Positions 37,601 through 51,061 of a stretch of DNA of 64,000 bases are shown in pieces (positions within the stretch are counted from its first letter, which is position 1; each line of letters opens with the position of its first letter). The position numbers and the translations under genes are program-made. The notes beneath the pieces are model-generated. The model was not told the DNA's origin, did not search any database, and worked only from the letters and a program-made list of their open reading frames with translations. The DNA lies in NCBI RefSeq assembly GCF_036321535.1, contig NC_087436.1, forward strand, positions 42,472,001 to 42,536,000. The letters run 5' to 3'. Origin of the DNA: Camelus dromedarius (lineage: Eukaryota).

Positions 37601-37780
37601 TCTTTTTTCCTTTTCTCCTACCAGATTTTTGGCGTCTTTGTCTTTCGAAGAGGGCAATGTTCTGTCAGAGTTCAGCAGGTGCTCTGGTTGACTGAGTAGG
37701 TCCGTAGATGTGAGTTTTGGTGTGTTTGTGGGATAGGGTGAGCTACAAGCATCCTTCTACTCCACCATCTTGCTTCTCCC
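34637..37780 (-). mobile_element. L1 with full 5'UTR and ORF1, nearly all ORF2 missing, 3'UTR and 3' transduction
   Basis: Minus start gggagaagcaagatggtggag; ORF1 from 36456; junction to the ORF2 end at 35410/35411; TSD ccatttctttt (34626-34636 and 37779-37789). Confidence 0.9.
35553..36456 (-). pseudogene. L1 ORF1p, disrupted
   Basis: 237 open codons with coiled-coil, RRM and REKQ/YKGTPIRLSADFS motifs. TAG at 35745-35743; the frame continues ARREW...YPARLSF with a later frameshift. Confidence 0.9.
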
Positions 37781-38299
37781 ATTTCTTTTCTCTATGCTAT
37801 ATCTTTCTCAATTTTGTAGGGTTTTACCTTAATTAACATACTTTTTCAGACTTTTCCTTTTGTTTTTATTTTCTCCAGGGAGAATATGGGAGTAGTGTTC
37901 TTTCTCAATTCACTCATTTCTAGAATGTCTTTCAATTGTCCTTAAACATGAAATACAAGTAATTTTCTTCAAATAATATCTTTCCCTCAAAACTGTAGAG
38001 ATACTTTTCCAAGGAATCATTAAAGCCTGATCCAATTTTTTTTCTTGCATAGACAATCTTTTTATTGCTTGAGTGATTTTTCTCTGCATTCTTTACTATC
38101 TATCCTGTGTAGGTTGCCCATACACATACATTTCCTGCACATCTTCTGCTTTAGTGACCCTCTTTGGTGGCCACATTATTCCATACATCAGAAATGTATT
38201 CTCCCCATCAAATCGTGACTAATTTTTAAAACAGTTTATGAGCTACTTCCTCCAATAAACTTCTCTTGCTTTAACCTGTATTAAAGTTTATCTGCATCT

Positions 38300-38450
38300 G
38301 AATCACAGCTCTGCTAATTGTTAGCTGTGTGATTCTGGGCACACTGCCTAACCTCTCTGCTGCAGTTTCCTCATATGTAAAATAAGTATAAAATACACAT
38401 TTTGGTATTGTTTGAAAGATTACATCAGATAATGGAAGCAAAGTGCCTTA
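38300..38450. mobile_element. MIR-family SINE
   Basis: tagctgtgtgattctgggc...cagtttcctcatatgtaaaat. Confidence 0.7.
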
Positions 38451-39892
38451 TTTGATACCATAAAATGGATACAGTTTCTATCTTCTTCTAAGGGGCAATT
38501 ATATAATTGTTATTACTAATGCTATCCATTGCAATAATAATGTTTGGCTATTAAATGAACAGAGAATTAAGCAAATGTTAAAAAGCCTTGCTTGTTTATT
38601 AAAATTTAACTAGTAACATTACGAAGGTATACTAATGCAAGAGTTCAGCTAAGTGGAAGTAATAGCTAAAACACTTAGTGCTATGTGATATAATGTTGGT
38701 TTGTTTTGTTTTTTTCAAATGGGAGTCTAATCCTTGTTACTAATAATATACAATCACGACATTTAAGCCAATGTGAACATGTATGGTATGATGTATACAG
38801 CATGGTATTTCAGTTTAGGAGAGGAGGTAATAGCTGCAAGGATGCCTCATCTTCCTGTTCATGAATCATTAGCAGAGGGGGATGCTTCATGTTTCCACAA
38901 CAGAGCGTAACACGTCTACATCACTTCTCTTCTGGCAAAATCCCACTAGACAAATCTGTTTGCTATTCCCAAGTGATATGGATATCTTCCCAGAATTGAT
39001 TTCAGAGAAGTGAACTGAGCATATTTTCAGGTTTTAAAGGATCATTCTCTCCAGTCTGTCATGACCAGATTTTTAAGGATACTGTTATAAAAGTCTGCAG
39101 GGAAAAAAAATTCTTCTCTGAGAAACCTCAGTTTAAAATTACTTCATCTAGAAGAAATCCCACCACCATATGTTTGCTTGGCCTAAATTTCATTCAATAA
39201 GGCTTTCCTCCTCGTACACTCTTCACAGAGAAACAAAATTAAGAGTAGTCTAAGTGCCAGCCATTAAATGCCTATGTCCTGTATCAATTTTCAATCAGAT
39301 CTTGTCAGTAACATTTAACGGTCTCTTGCTTCAAACTTTAAAATTGTAGAGAGCAACACAACTAGAACTTCTAAGTGCAAGGGATTCTTAGTCCCTGCTT
39401 TTCTGTAAAAATATTGTCTTCTTTTGTCCTTGCAGAAATTCAAAGTTCTTTTCATGTTCACAATCCAACTTTGCTTATTTTAAATGCATATGGAGTCTTC
39501 CTTCTTGTTTTAATATTACCTTTGATGACTTGTTTCCTTCCTGTACTCTTGTAGAGATTAGGCATTGTTGTGAAAAATTGAAGATATTTAATAAAATAAT
39601 ATGGGTAACATCACAGTTCTCAACCCACAGTGTACATTTAATGTTGAATAAACATGAAAAAGAGGGGACAGAGGGAGAGGATATAAAACTAAAGCATTAT
39701 GTGAATGAATTGATGCAAAATTATCACTTCTACTTAAAAAAAGGATGACGGAGAAATTTTAAGGGTAAAGATTTAATAGCTGAGTTGCCACATGTAAATT
39801 AATGTAATATAATTACTTAACATAATTACTATAAAAATGTTTTTATAACTTTGAGAATTAGCACAGCATCAGCATTGAAAACTTTATTTGTG

Positions 39893-42269
39893 GGAAAGGA
39901 GATCAAGATGACAGAGTAGGAGGACATGGAGCTCACCTCCCCCAATAAACATCCCCAAACACATCTACACATGGAGCAATTCTCACTGAAACCTAACTGG
40001 AGACTGGCAGAAAGATTCTTATACTACAAACGCTGTACAAAGGATCCATGGGGAATCAAGTGGGAAGGGAAGAGAAGCAATCAAGTTAGTACCTGTGCCC
40101 CTGGGAGGGGACACAGATGAGGAGGGTTACATGGACGCATAGATCTTGCCTGGGGAGTGAGTGGTTCGATCCACATATTGAATGCCCCAATCCTGGGGTC
40201 CAACACCAGGAGGACCAGTGGAACTTACTGGAGGGCTGTAATAAACCTAGACTCTGCTAGTGAAGAACATGCACACACTTGCTTATTCCCAAAATATGGT
40301 GGAGGAAGCAGAATGAAACTGCCCTGGACTCTGGCTGGTTTCCTGCAACCACCTGAACCAAGCCCTTGCCCCAGATACACTTGCTCCGCGGCAGAGCTCC
40401 ACCCTCCTAGGGAAAAGGCTGCTTTGGCCAAGGAGGGTACGAAGTTGTAGGGGATGGGACTAGCTCAGACCTGACATAGCATCTGAATGGAACGAGGGCA
40501 GCCGTTACTGGTGCTGACAGAGAGAGCAGACTGGGAGTGGTCCAGCACTCTGACTGGTGCTGGGACTGCCCCAGCCCATCCCCCAGCCCATGCTGAGTGC
40601 CTGCTCCAGCCCCTCTTGCTCCAGTATACTCCCCTCTGGGGCAAAGGTACCAACCACTGTTGGGAAGGGAGAGAGCACACACTTAAAAGGAAGAGAGCTA
40701 GCTCAGACCTGACCCTCAGGGCTTCTGCTCTAGCAATGTGGGGCCCACCCCTGCTCTCAATAGGGTGGTGTTGGCCATTAAGCACAGGATAAGTTCTGAC
40801 TCACACCTGGCTCTGGCTCTAGTCCCTCCATCTCCAGCCCCATCTCCTACTAAGATGATAGCTGCCAGCACACCCTGAGAGAAGACATGACTCATCCTCG
40901 TGTCAGATCCAGCTGTCCCACCAAAGCCACTGGGCACATGCAGACTGTACAGGGCTACTCCTACACAAGGACACCCCTTCAAGACTGCAATAGGTAACTT
41001 TTTCACCTAATATCATAGAGTAAGAGAAAGTTACGCAAAATGAGAAGACAGAGAAATTTATTTCAAATGAATGAAGAACAATTTTTAAAACACAGAAAAA
41101 ACATAGGCAAAACACTCTCTGCTATAAATCATAGCAATATTTTTTTTGGATCTATCTCCTAAGGCAAAGGAAACATTAAAACAAGCAAAAGGGACCTAAT
41201 CAAACTTAAAAGCTTTTGCACAGCAAAGGAAACCAACGACAAAATGAAACGACAATCTACTGAATAAGAGATTATTTGCAAATAATATGCCCAATCAGAG
41301 GTTACTACCAAAATATATAAATAGCTCATACAATCCAATATTGAAAAAACAAACAACCCAATTTAAAAATGGGCAGAAAATCTGAAAAGAATTTTTCCAA
41401 AGAAGACATACAGATGGCCAATAGGTACATGGAAAGATGCTCTACATTGCTAATCATCAGAGAAATGTAAATCAAACCCACAATGAGATATCATCTCATA
41501 CCTGTCAGAATAGCTATCAACAAATAGTCCATAAATAACTAATGTTAGTGAGGCTATGGAGAAAAGGGAACCCTTGTACACAATGAGTGGAAATGTAAAT
41601 CGGCACAGACACTATGAAAAACAGCATTGAGATTCCTCAAAACTAAAAATACAACTATGATATGATCCAGAAATTCCACTCCTGGATATATATCCAAAGA
41701 AAATAAAAACACTAATTTGAAAAGATACATGCACCTAAATGTTCACAGCAGTATTATTTACAATAGTTAAAATAAAGCAAACCTAAGAGTCCATCAATAG
41801 ATGAGTGGATAAAGAAGATGTGGTATATATACATACATGGAATATTACTCAGCCATAAAAAAGAATAAAATTCTGCCACTTGCAACATGGATGGGCTTAG
41901 AGGGTACTAAGTTTAGTGAAATTAGTATAAGTATAGCAGAACAGAAACAGACTCACAGGTATAGAGAACAGGCTGGTGGTTACCAGAGGGGAGAGAGGCA
42001 GGATGGGGGTAGGGGATTGAGAGATACAAATGACTATGTATAAAATGGACAGGCTACAGGGATGTATTTTACAGCATAAGGAATATAGTCAATATTTTAT
42101 AATAACTTTAAATGGCATAATCACTGTTATACAAATGAAATTAACATAGCATTGTAAATCAACTATAACTAAAATAATTAATTATTTAAAAATTAATAAT
42201 CTAAAAAAATGTTAAGTAATAAAATGTTACTTTTTGGAGACAATGCCCCCCCCAAAGAAAAAAAGAGAA
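39893..42269 (+). mobile_element. Bipartite L1: 5'UTR and first ORF1 codons (to ~41085) joined to ORF2 end and 3'UTR
   Basis: Start ...gatcaagatgacagagtaggaggac; ORF1 start atgagaagacagagaaat at 41040; abrupt switch to aaacataggcaaaacactct. Degenerate TSD 39877-39892 and 42270-42285 (12/16). Confidence 0.8.
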
Positions 42270-42744
42270 GAAAGTTATATTTATGAATGCCTATTACTAT
42301 TACTGCTGGAATGAAGTTTACAAATAAGGCACATATGTGTTTGCACAGAAGTCTTAGAATGAGAAGCTGTATAGCTTGTCATGGCCATAATAATTATGCA
42401 GTCATATTAAATCTTATTATTCATCCTACACCAAACAGTTAGTCACTGACAGAGTCAGAACTAGAACTCAGGTGTTTTTGTCTCCTGATCCAATGCCCTC
42501 CTCTATGACCCTGATAGATCCCACCAACAAACAGTCCTATCAGTGTCTGTGGGATATTTGCTTCCTGCATGATTCTATGGCATGTTCTACCCTCACTTCT
42601 CTGAAGCTGAAGTTCAAGTGTATAAGATATCAAGACAAAGAATGAATTGACTAATTGTTCCCAATTAACACAGAAAGATGTTCAAGAAGAAATAAATTGA
42701 AATTGCAGTAATAAATTATATTTTAGAACTATATAGTTAAAGCT

Positions 42745-42980
42745 AAAAATTATAAGTACCAGACAATGTACCAGATCACTTACAGTGCTTTGCATCATTG
42801 CACTCTTTACTGCTCACAACCAACTATAAAGTAGATACTCTTATGAACCTATTTTACAGATATGAAAACTGGAACAAAGACTATAGGATTAATTTGTCCA
42901 AGGTCACAGAGCTATCAAGTAGCAGAGGCTGGGTATGAATGTCAACAAGTCTGCACCAGAGTACACATTCAACTACTCTT
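42745..42980. mobile_element. MIR-family SINE
   Basis: attttacagatatgaaaactg...tccaaggtcacagagct. Confidence 0.7.
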
Positions 42981-45515
42981 ACAAATCTTTAATTCATAGT
43001 CCATAATGGTTAGCCAGTATGTCAAATCAGTGATGGAGTTGGGGCATCACCATGTGACATAATCCCTGTATCCTTCTTCCTCTCTGGAGTACAGTTATGC
43101 TATCTGGCATCTGTGAATCGCTAGGACTTCCCTTAGACTTCTCAATTTTCCTTACACAATCCCAAGCCATAAATATGGAAAACTTTTCACCACAGAATCA
43201 TCAACTTGAAAATTCTGGCTAACAATGATTATGCTCCATCTTGACATAACATCTAATCAGCTGTTATGAGTCAGGCTCCTTCTGATTTTAAGTTTTCCTT
43301 TTACTGTTAATAAGGTCATCAGCAGCTTCCCTCGGATATTTGCTTACATGCTCATAGAGACCTCCATGCCTTTTAAATTTTCTACTTCATTTCTCACCAG
43401 GATAATTTGCCCTTATAAAAATGAAGTCTTGGTAATTAGAAGCTGCCCTACCTTGATACACTGGGATATCCTACAGGCATTCTGAAGTGTGAATGTGTAA
43501 ATGTGTGAATATGACTCTGGTGCATAGTCTGTAGAATATTTTAAGGCAGTCTCCTGCATATTTCTATACAACTCTCCTGGATTCTTTGGTGTACAGGGGA
43601 CTTGATCTAAGAGTCATGTTCATGTACTCCACTCAATGCTGAGGTTTAAACACAGAATAAAATAATCTGATATTTTGTTAACTAAGAGAACTCGAAACAT
43701 AATGTGGTATTTTTTCTTTTAAAGAACCCAGAGGTCAAAAGCTTTCAACTGGGTTAATTATCATTGTTAAATTCACCAAAAAGACAATTACAGGAGCACA
43801 ATTTATTTAATGATCCATACATATGCTATACTAAGGCCAAAATAGCAATAATTTGCCCAGAGATTTCCTTTTTTGGCCTCTGTTCTAAACATTCTTAGTT
43901 GAAAAGCATCTTCCCATGCTCTTTAATAAGGACTGAACAGAAAGAAGCCAGTTATTGCCTGCTATCCTCAAAGGAATTCTTTCTAATTGCATTTTGAAAT
44001 TAACTACTAATGAAATGTGAAAATGTATGCAGGGCCCTGGAAACAGAAGAAAAATAAAAACTGGGAGGATTTGCCTTAAGGAATAAACTATGAAAAGTAA
44101 GTGCACTCCAGAGGATTATATGAATAAAATATTACATAGTACGATATGAGACCAGTTTATGACAAAACTCAGTAATATTCAATGGAATTTGGACCACTGC
44201 AAAATAGGAAATGTATTTTTCACAAAGGATTTTTTTCTTACCCTTTCATTGTTCAAAAAGAAATCATCACAAGCACTGCATAATGATTGAAGATGACCTG
44301 GGGAGCTGCTGAGCTTATGTGAGATCTGGGGTAACAGACAATTGCTAGGAAAGAGCTATGAGAGGATTACAGGGAAAGAGAGCAAATACGATGTGTGAAA
44401 ATGGTGCAAAGACAACATGACTATTTGCGGCAAACTACACCTCGCAAAAGTCAAGTATGGAAAAATCAGATGAACTTTGAGGAGCTTTTCAGAACATTTC
44501 TCCAAAAATCTTTAAAGAAATTATTTAATAAGGAAGTTATCAGAATCTACATTTAGTCTAGTGACCTCTCTTATGATATCAACTCTAAAATGCTACTACA
44601 CATTTTAAAACTCCCCTTTCCATTATGTCATTGATTATGTTTTCTGTTCAGTACATTGTACAATAGAATCCTGACAAATTACTAGTCTTTTCAGATTTTT
44701 GGGAAAAAAACTTAAGTAGTCACAGACTAATAAAAAAAAAAACACAGCTAGTTTAAAATAATTCTCATACATAGATTTGTTTTTCATCAATATTTCTGAA
44801 AAAAAAAGGTAGTGTACATTGTCATAAGCAAAGACTGGATTTTGAGAACAATTTAAAATATGTTTAAAACACCCTCCCCCAAATAAAAGGAATACATATT
44901 TATTGATTGAGTAGAGAAAAATGGAGTTTATCTTTTCTATCTGTGTGATGCCATAAAACTCATTTAACCCAATTTCTCATCCGTAAGCTAGATGTGCTCG
45001 TGTTTATTTTACCTCTCTCCATGAGAACTAAGTGTGGGAGCCGGTGTAAAGTGCTCTAAGGTTCAAAAAGACTTCGTCTCCTTGCCTTATGCTGAGTAAA
45101 GAACTATCACATTCTTCCCAAATACTCTTCATTGACTGTGGAGATAATATGGAAGAGCTTTTAAATTAGTGATTGTAAAAAAGGAAAAAAATTCAATAAA
45201 TTCTGAATGAGTGATCTCAGTGCCATTAAAGACATATTCTTACTGAATATGTTACAAAAGATGTTTTTCAAATTCAGGAATTAATGATTCTAATTTACGT
45301 GACTTTGTGGAGTTAAGAAAACACAGAATCTGAGATTTTACGATGCTACAAACTGGTCGTTACTACTAACTCTGAACTACAGTCAATAATAATAACCAGA
45401 TCATGTTTTAGTAGTCTTCTTAGAAGAAGTATTTTAAAAGACAGTTTAAAATCTAATTTAAGTTCATTAATCATCTGCTCCGACGAGTTTCCTCCAGAAA
45501 ACTGCTGTTTCTGAG

Positions 45516-48037
45516 GAAGTCAGACGAAGATGGCAGCTTAGGAGACCCCAGCCTCCGTCTCCACACAAAGATCAACAAGAAACGTCAGCAACGCAGTGGA
45601 ACAAAAAAACTGAGAATAAGCACACAGAAAGAAAAGGAAGAGAGCTTCATTTTGGCTGCATCATGCCATCCCCCAAGCTAGCACTGCTCAGCGCCACGCG
45701 GGAGCTCCCCAGCTAGAAAGAGTTCCCCTACCCAGAGAGGGAGAGCGAGCTAGCCAGGCGCAGCCAGCTTACCCCGCCTTTCAGGGCAGCAGAGTCCCGC
45801 TTGGGTACTACCCAACCCAGAGCAGCAAAGCCGAGACATGCAGGGGTGGCTAGAACAAGGAAGAAAAGCAGGGACTACCTGTAGCACGCAGTGGAAGCAA
45901 TTGTGGTTCAAAGTGAACTGCTCCACACATAAACCCAGCAGTCTTGACCACTGAGGAAGCAACCAAAGGCCAGCACAGCTACCAGGGACCCCCTGTAGAT
46001 TTCACCAGCTTTCACCCCACAGGTATATGTCTGCTGGAGCTCCTCACTGCTTCCCTCACCCTCTCAGGAGCCCGGGACCCTAACTGGCGGCCAGCCCAGG
46101 CCTCTGCGGCTGCGCAAATGCAAAACGCCAACCTAGACCCCTATGGCTGACCCCTGCTGCCCTGCGCACGCCCAGGGCTCGCTCTTCCAGCAGTGCACTT
46201 GCGTGCCTCCCGCCTGACACCGCTCACTGGCCTCCACTGCATGCCCATACCCGCGGGAGACTGTTCAGTCACAGGAGAGCACTTCTGATGGCCAGGGCTC
46301 CCGCAGCTGCTTGGCCCATATCAGGTCCTGCCTCGGTCACTGGTCTGCATCACTGTGCTCACATGTAGCTAGCCCCTCCAGCTATGCACCTGCATGCCCC
46401 CAGCCCCACCCCCTTCACTGGCAACCACTGCCATGGGCCCCTGGCAAGACCCAGCATCCGTGGTAGTACCCACTGAAAGCTAGGGCACCCATAGCTACCA
46501 GTGTACCCACTCTCTGCCTGCCCTGGCCCCCACCACTACATGTGTGTCTGTAACCTGCACTGCCACTACACAGGAACCTGCAGCTGAGCGTGGGCACACC
46601 ACCAGCTCTGGCCTCTGCCACTGCCTACCCTGCTCCCTAGTTACTGGATCTGGAAGTGCCACTTGGGACCTTAACAGACCTGCAGCCACAGTGGACACCC
46701 TACAGCTCTCACCAAGGGCCACACAGTTTTCAGTGTTGTGAACTCCAGCAGCTGGAGTTAAAGAGACACTATGACCCCTAGACTAGACACCCCTGCACTT
46801 GGTGCCCTGCAGGACTAGACCCAGGGTTACAGCACACTTCAGTTTGCCTCTCCCACAGGTCAGTCTTCCCAAAGCAAAGTCAGTCCACAAAGTCTGGAAG
46901 AGGAGGCTAGGAAGCTGTTTCTTATATCTGATAAGGGGTTAATATCCAAAATATATTTTTAAAAAACTCATACAACTCAACAGAAAAACAACAACAACAA
47001 CAAAAAAAAAACCTCCAAGCACTCCAATTGAAAAATGGATAGAGGCTCCAAATAGGTATTTTTCCAAGTAAGGCATCCAAATGGCCAACAGGTACATAAA
47101 AAGGTGGCCAATATCATAACCAGCAGGGAAATGCAAATCAAAACCACAGTGAGATATCACCTCACACTTGGTAAAATGGTTATTATCAAAAAAGACTAGA
47201 AATGACAAGTGTTGGTGAGGATGTGGAAAAAGGAACCCCTGTATACTGGTCGATGGGAATGTAAACCGATGCAGCCACTGTGGAAATTGGCATGGAGTTT
47301 CCTCAAAAAAATAAAATAAAATAGAGCCATATGAGCCAACAATCCTTCTTCTGGGGGTGTGTCCAAAGAAATGAAAATCGGATATTGAAGAGATACCTCC
47401 ACTCCCATGTTCACTGCAGCACTTTTCACAACAAGATATGGAAACAACCTAAGTGTCCATCAATGGATGAATGGATAAAGACTTGGTATATACAATATAT
47501 GGTATATATGTGATATAAATTCACACACACATGCATAATGGAATATTATTCAGCCATTAGAAAAGAAGGAAATCTTGCCATTTGTGACAACATAGATGGA
47601 TTCTGAAGGCATTATGCTGAGTAAAACAAGTCAGACAGAGAAAGACAAATCCTGTACTATCTCACTTATACGTGGAATCTAAAAAAGAGGAAACAGAGCT
47701 GAATGGTGGTTACCAGGGGCTCTGGGGTGGGAGAAACAGGGAGATGTTAGTTAAAGGGTACAAATCAACATTCATAAGATGAGTAAGTTCTGGGGATGCA
47801 ATATACTTCATGGTGATATAGTTAATAATACTGTATTATATATTTGAAAACTGCCTAAAGAGTAGATCTTAAATCTTCTCACCACAAAAATGAAATGATA
47901 ATTATGTGATATGATGCAGCTGTTAACTAACACTATGGTCATAATCATTTTGCAGTATATAAGTGCATCAAATCAACATGTACACCGTAAACTTACACAG
48001 TGTTATATGTCAACTGTATCTCAATAAAGCTGGAAAA
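45516..48037 (+). mobile_element. Bipartite L1MA-type: GC-rich 5'UTR (to ~46905) joined to ORF2 end and 3'UTR
   Basis: aagatggcagc start; switch to tatatctgataaggggttaatatcc; ends ctcaataaagctggaaaa. TSD agaaaactgctgtttctgag (45496-45515) and agaaaactgccattatctgag (48038-48058). Confidence 0.85.
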
Positions 48038-48387
48038 AGAAAACTGCCATTATCTGAGTTTACTGTATATGAGATGGAATTAAGGGCACAATGACTGAAG
48101 AAACAAAAACACTAACATAGTGAGTTTAGAATCTTATTATTTCTGTTGCCAGCTTTCTTCTTTTTATCTTTGCCCTGCTTTTTATTAGAGACATTGATGT
48201 TATTCCCTGCAACTCATAGAAGAACCAAATAACACATAACAGTTACATCTTACACCAGCTGAAATATCACAATATAGATTACAACCAATGTTGTGATATA
48301 CACACATGATCCATTAGGAGAGGGACAAGATCAGTTTTCCATCCTTATATATCATCAGTTTACCCAGAGGCAAAACACCATGCCTAG

Positions 48388-48822
48388 CATATTCATTCAT
48401 TCAATACTTCGTAAATTTACTGAGTATCAACTGTGTACAAGGGACTCTTCTAGGTACTGGATGTACACTTATGAACAAGACAGAGTCCCTGCTCTAGTGG
48501 AAATGGCATTCTAGTCAGAGGATACAGATGAAAAAAGCGCAACAAACAAGTATATAATATGTTAGTGATTAGTGGTAGGAAAAATCTGAGAAAAGACTAA
48601 GAGTGTTTGTGATGTGAGTCAAAAGTCCTCTTTGAAAGGTGATATTTGATCAAGCACCTGAATAAAATGAGTAAACTATGTGTATTTGGAAAGGAAGCTA
48701 TGGAGGAGGCTATGGGTACCTGAAATCAGAATGTCCAGGGAAACGGAATAGTAAGTAAACAAAGCAGAAACGTGTTTGGTGTGTTTACAGAAGGCAAGTG
48801 TAGTGAAGCAGTGTGAGGGAGG
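48388..48822. mobile_element. L2 3' end
   Basis: attcattcattcaat...aaatttactgagtatc...gtccctgctctagtggaa. Confidence 0.75.
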
Positions 48823-48823
48823 A

Positions 48824-49157
48824 TGTATTTGTTTGCTAGGACTGCCAGAAAAAAGTACCAGATTGGGTAGCTTAACAGAAATTTATTTTCTCATAATTCT
48901 GAAGGCTATAAGTCCAAGACCAAGGTATAAGCAGGATTGAATTCTGAGAGCCTCTCTCCATGGCTTCATAGATGCATTCTCACTGTGTCCTCACATGATC
49001 TTTTTTCCTGTGTGTATCTGTATCCTAATCACCTCTCCCTACAAGGACACGAGCCATAGGGGATTAGGGCCCACCCTGATGACCTCATTTAACTTAATTA
49101 CCTATATAAAGCCCTATCTCCAAATACAGTCACATTCTGAGGTACTGGGGGATTAGC
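48824..49157 (-). mobile_element. MLT1A/B-type LTR
   Basis: tgtatttgtttgctaggactgcc...cacattctgaggtactggggg. Confidence 0.8.
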
Positions 49158-50094
49158 AGGAGTCCAGAGGGCATACACGTTGCAATTGATCTAGAAATGT
49201 GCAGAAAACAGGAGGAAGAATTATAAGCCCTTAAAAATTTTCCCAGATATTAAAGGGACTGTAGCCCTCAACTGACCAATGCATTATTTGAAATAGATTT
49301 CAACTGTTTCCTATGTTTTTCTTTCCAATAAAAAGGGGAATTTTCCTCCAGTTGTCAAAGACTGCTAAGGGTCTGAGATATTACCCTGCTTATAAGCTAA
49401 AAGGTAGCCTGCTGCAGTTTTATGGATTCTGGCAGAAGACACAAGCCTCCCGGCTCAGTGACAGACTTGATTTCTCAAGGTGCTGCAAGCAGCACAAGCA
49501 TCAGCATATTTTACAGCAGTTCCTACAGTCCCAATTTCTAGGGGGTGACACAAAGGCTGAATAACAACTGCACGCATTGTGGGTTGCAATACAGGAAAGA
49601 AACCTGAGCTTAGGGAATGCAGATCTTTTATTATGAGCAGTAAGTAAGCCTGCCTTCTGTTCCAGAGGGAGACACTATCTCTGTCTTTCAAGGCTGTTCC
49701 TGTACAAACATCCGTGTAAAGATGTTCCAGAACAACGGTCAGTCAATTCCTCTGCTCACAAGATGTTCTGACACTTGAGACAACTGTATTTTCTCCCAAC
49801 AATATCCACCCATCATTTCTGTATCATCTTGACATCTGATGAAAATTTTTTATGAGTAAGCCATCCCATCACCCACTCTGATTAATCTGACCCACACAGG
49901 CTGGAACTAAATTCATTCAATTTGTTTCATACAACATTTCATTAGAGCTGCTGTTCCAGGATGAGAGCAACTAGCAGTCCTGACTTCAACCAGGCCCTTT
50001 GGGTCCTGGACCCAAAGAGCTTAACAAATACCACAAATTCTTAGGCTCTATCTTAGAAAATGTATAAGTCAGCTGGGGCTGCCAAAACAAAGTA

Positions 50095-50445
50095 CAGGCA
50101 TACCTCCGAGATATTGCAGGTTCAGTTCCAGACTACCACAATAAAGCTAATATTGCAATAAAGCGAGTCACATGGATTTTTTTTGTCTTCCCAGTGCATA
50201 TAAAAGTTATGTTTGCATTATATTGTAGTCTATTAAGTGTGTAATAGCCTTATGTCTAAAAAACGTACATATCTTAATTTAAAAATACTCTATTGGTAAA
50301 AATTGCCAAAACAATTACAATAGTAACATCGAAGATCACTGATCACAGATCACCATAGAAATATAGTAAAATCAAAAAGTTAGAAGTAGTTTAAGGATTA
50401 CCAAAATGTGACACAGAGACATGAATTGAGCAAATGCTGTTGGAC
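50095..50445. mobile_element. Internally deleted Tigger1 derivative, one end lost
   Basis: TA followed by caggcatacctccgagatattgc TIR; ttaccaaaatgtgacacagagac from the opposite end region. Confidence 0.8.
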
Positions 50446-51061
50446 TGTATATAATACATTATCATTAACTATAATCACCAAGCCTATACATTAGTTCCCC
50501 AGAAATCAGTCATTTTATAACTGGAAGTTTGTACTTTTTGACCACCATCTCCCCATTTTCCCCAGCCTCTTGGCCCTGGTGATCACCATTCTACTCTATG
50601 TTTCTAAAGACAAGAAATAACAAGTGTTGGTAAGGATATAGAGGAAAGGGAACCCTTGTGCACTGTTGGTGGGAATGTAAATTGGTGCAGCCACTATGTA
50701 AAACTGTATGGAAGTTCCTCAAAAAATTAAAAATAGAACTACCATGTGATCCAGCAATTCTATTCCTGAGTATATACAAAGAGGAAATGATTTTGAAGAG
50801 ATATCTGTACTTTCATGTTCATTGCAACAGTATTTACAATAGCCAAGATATGGGACAAGGTAAGTGTTCATCAGTGTATGAATAGATAAGGAAAAAGAAA
50901 ATGTGAGATAGATAGATAGATAAAATTTAGTGATGAGAAAGAAAGAAATCCTGCCATTTGGGGCAACATGGATGAACCTGCATCTTGAGGGCATTATGCT
51001 AAGCAAAATAAGTCAGAGAGAGAAAAACAAATACTATACGATATGACTGATGTGTGGAAAC
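50446..51061 (-). mobile_element. L1MA-type element with 5' inversion
   Basis: 3'UTR on minus (50446-50605) abuts the ORF2 end on plus (50606-51061). Confidence 0.8.

Noticed and set aside
36686..37699. Clusters of overlapping ORFs (also 40157-41006 and 45750-46741)
   Set aside because: GC-rich L1 5'UTRs are stop-poor, and no protein is recognisable.
38760..39110. Strong minus-strand splice acceptor at 39094
   Set aside because: All frames stop early and no recognisable product or convincing donor follows.
43450..43610. ~52-codon open minus-strand segment ending at a GT donor
   Set aside because: The acceptor is weak, there is no homology I recognise, and the length is compatible with chance.
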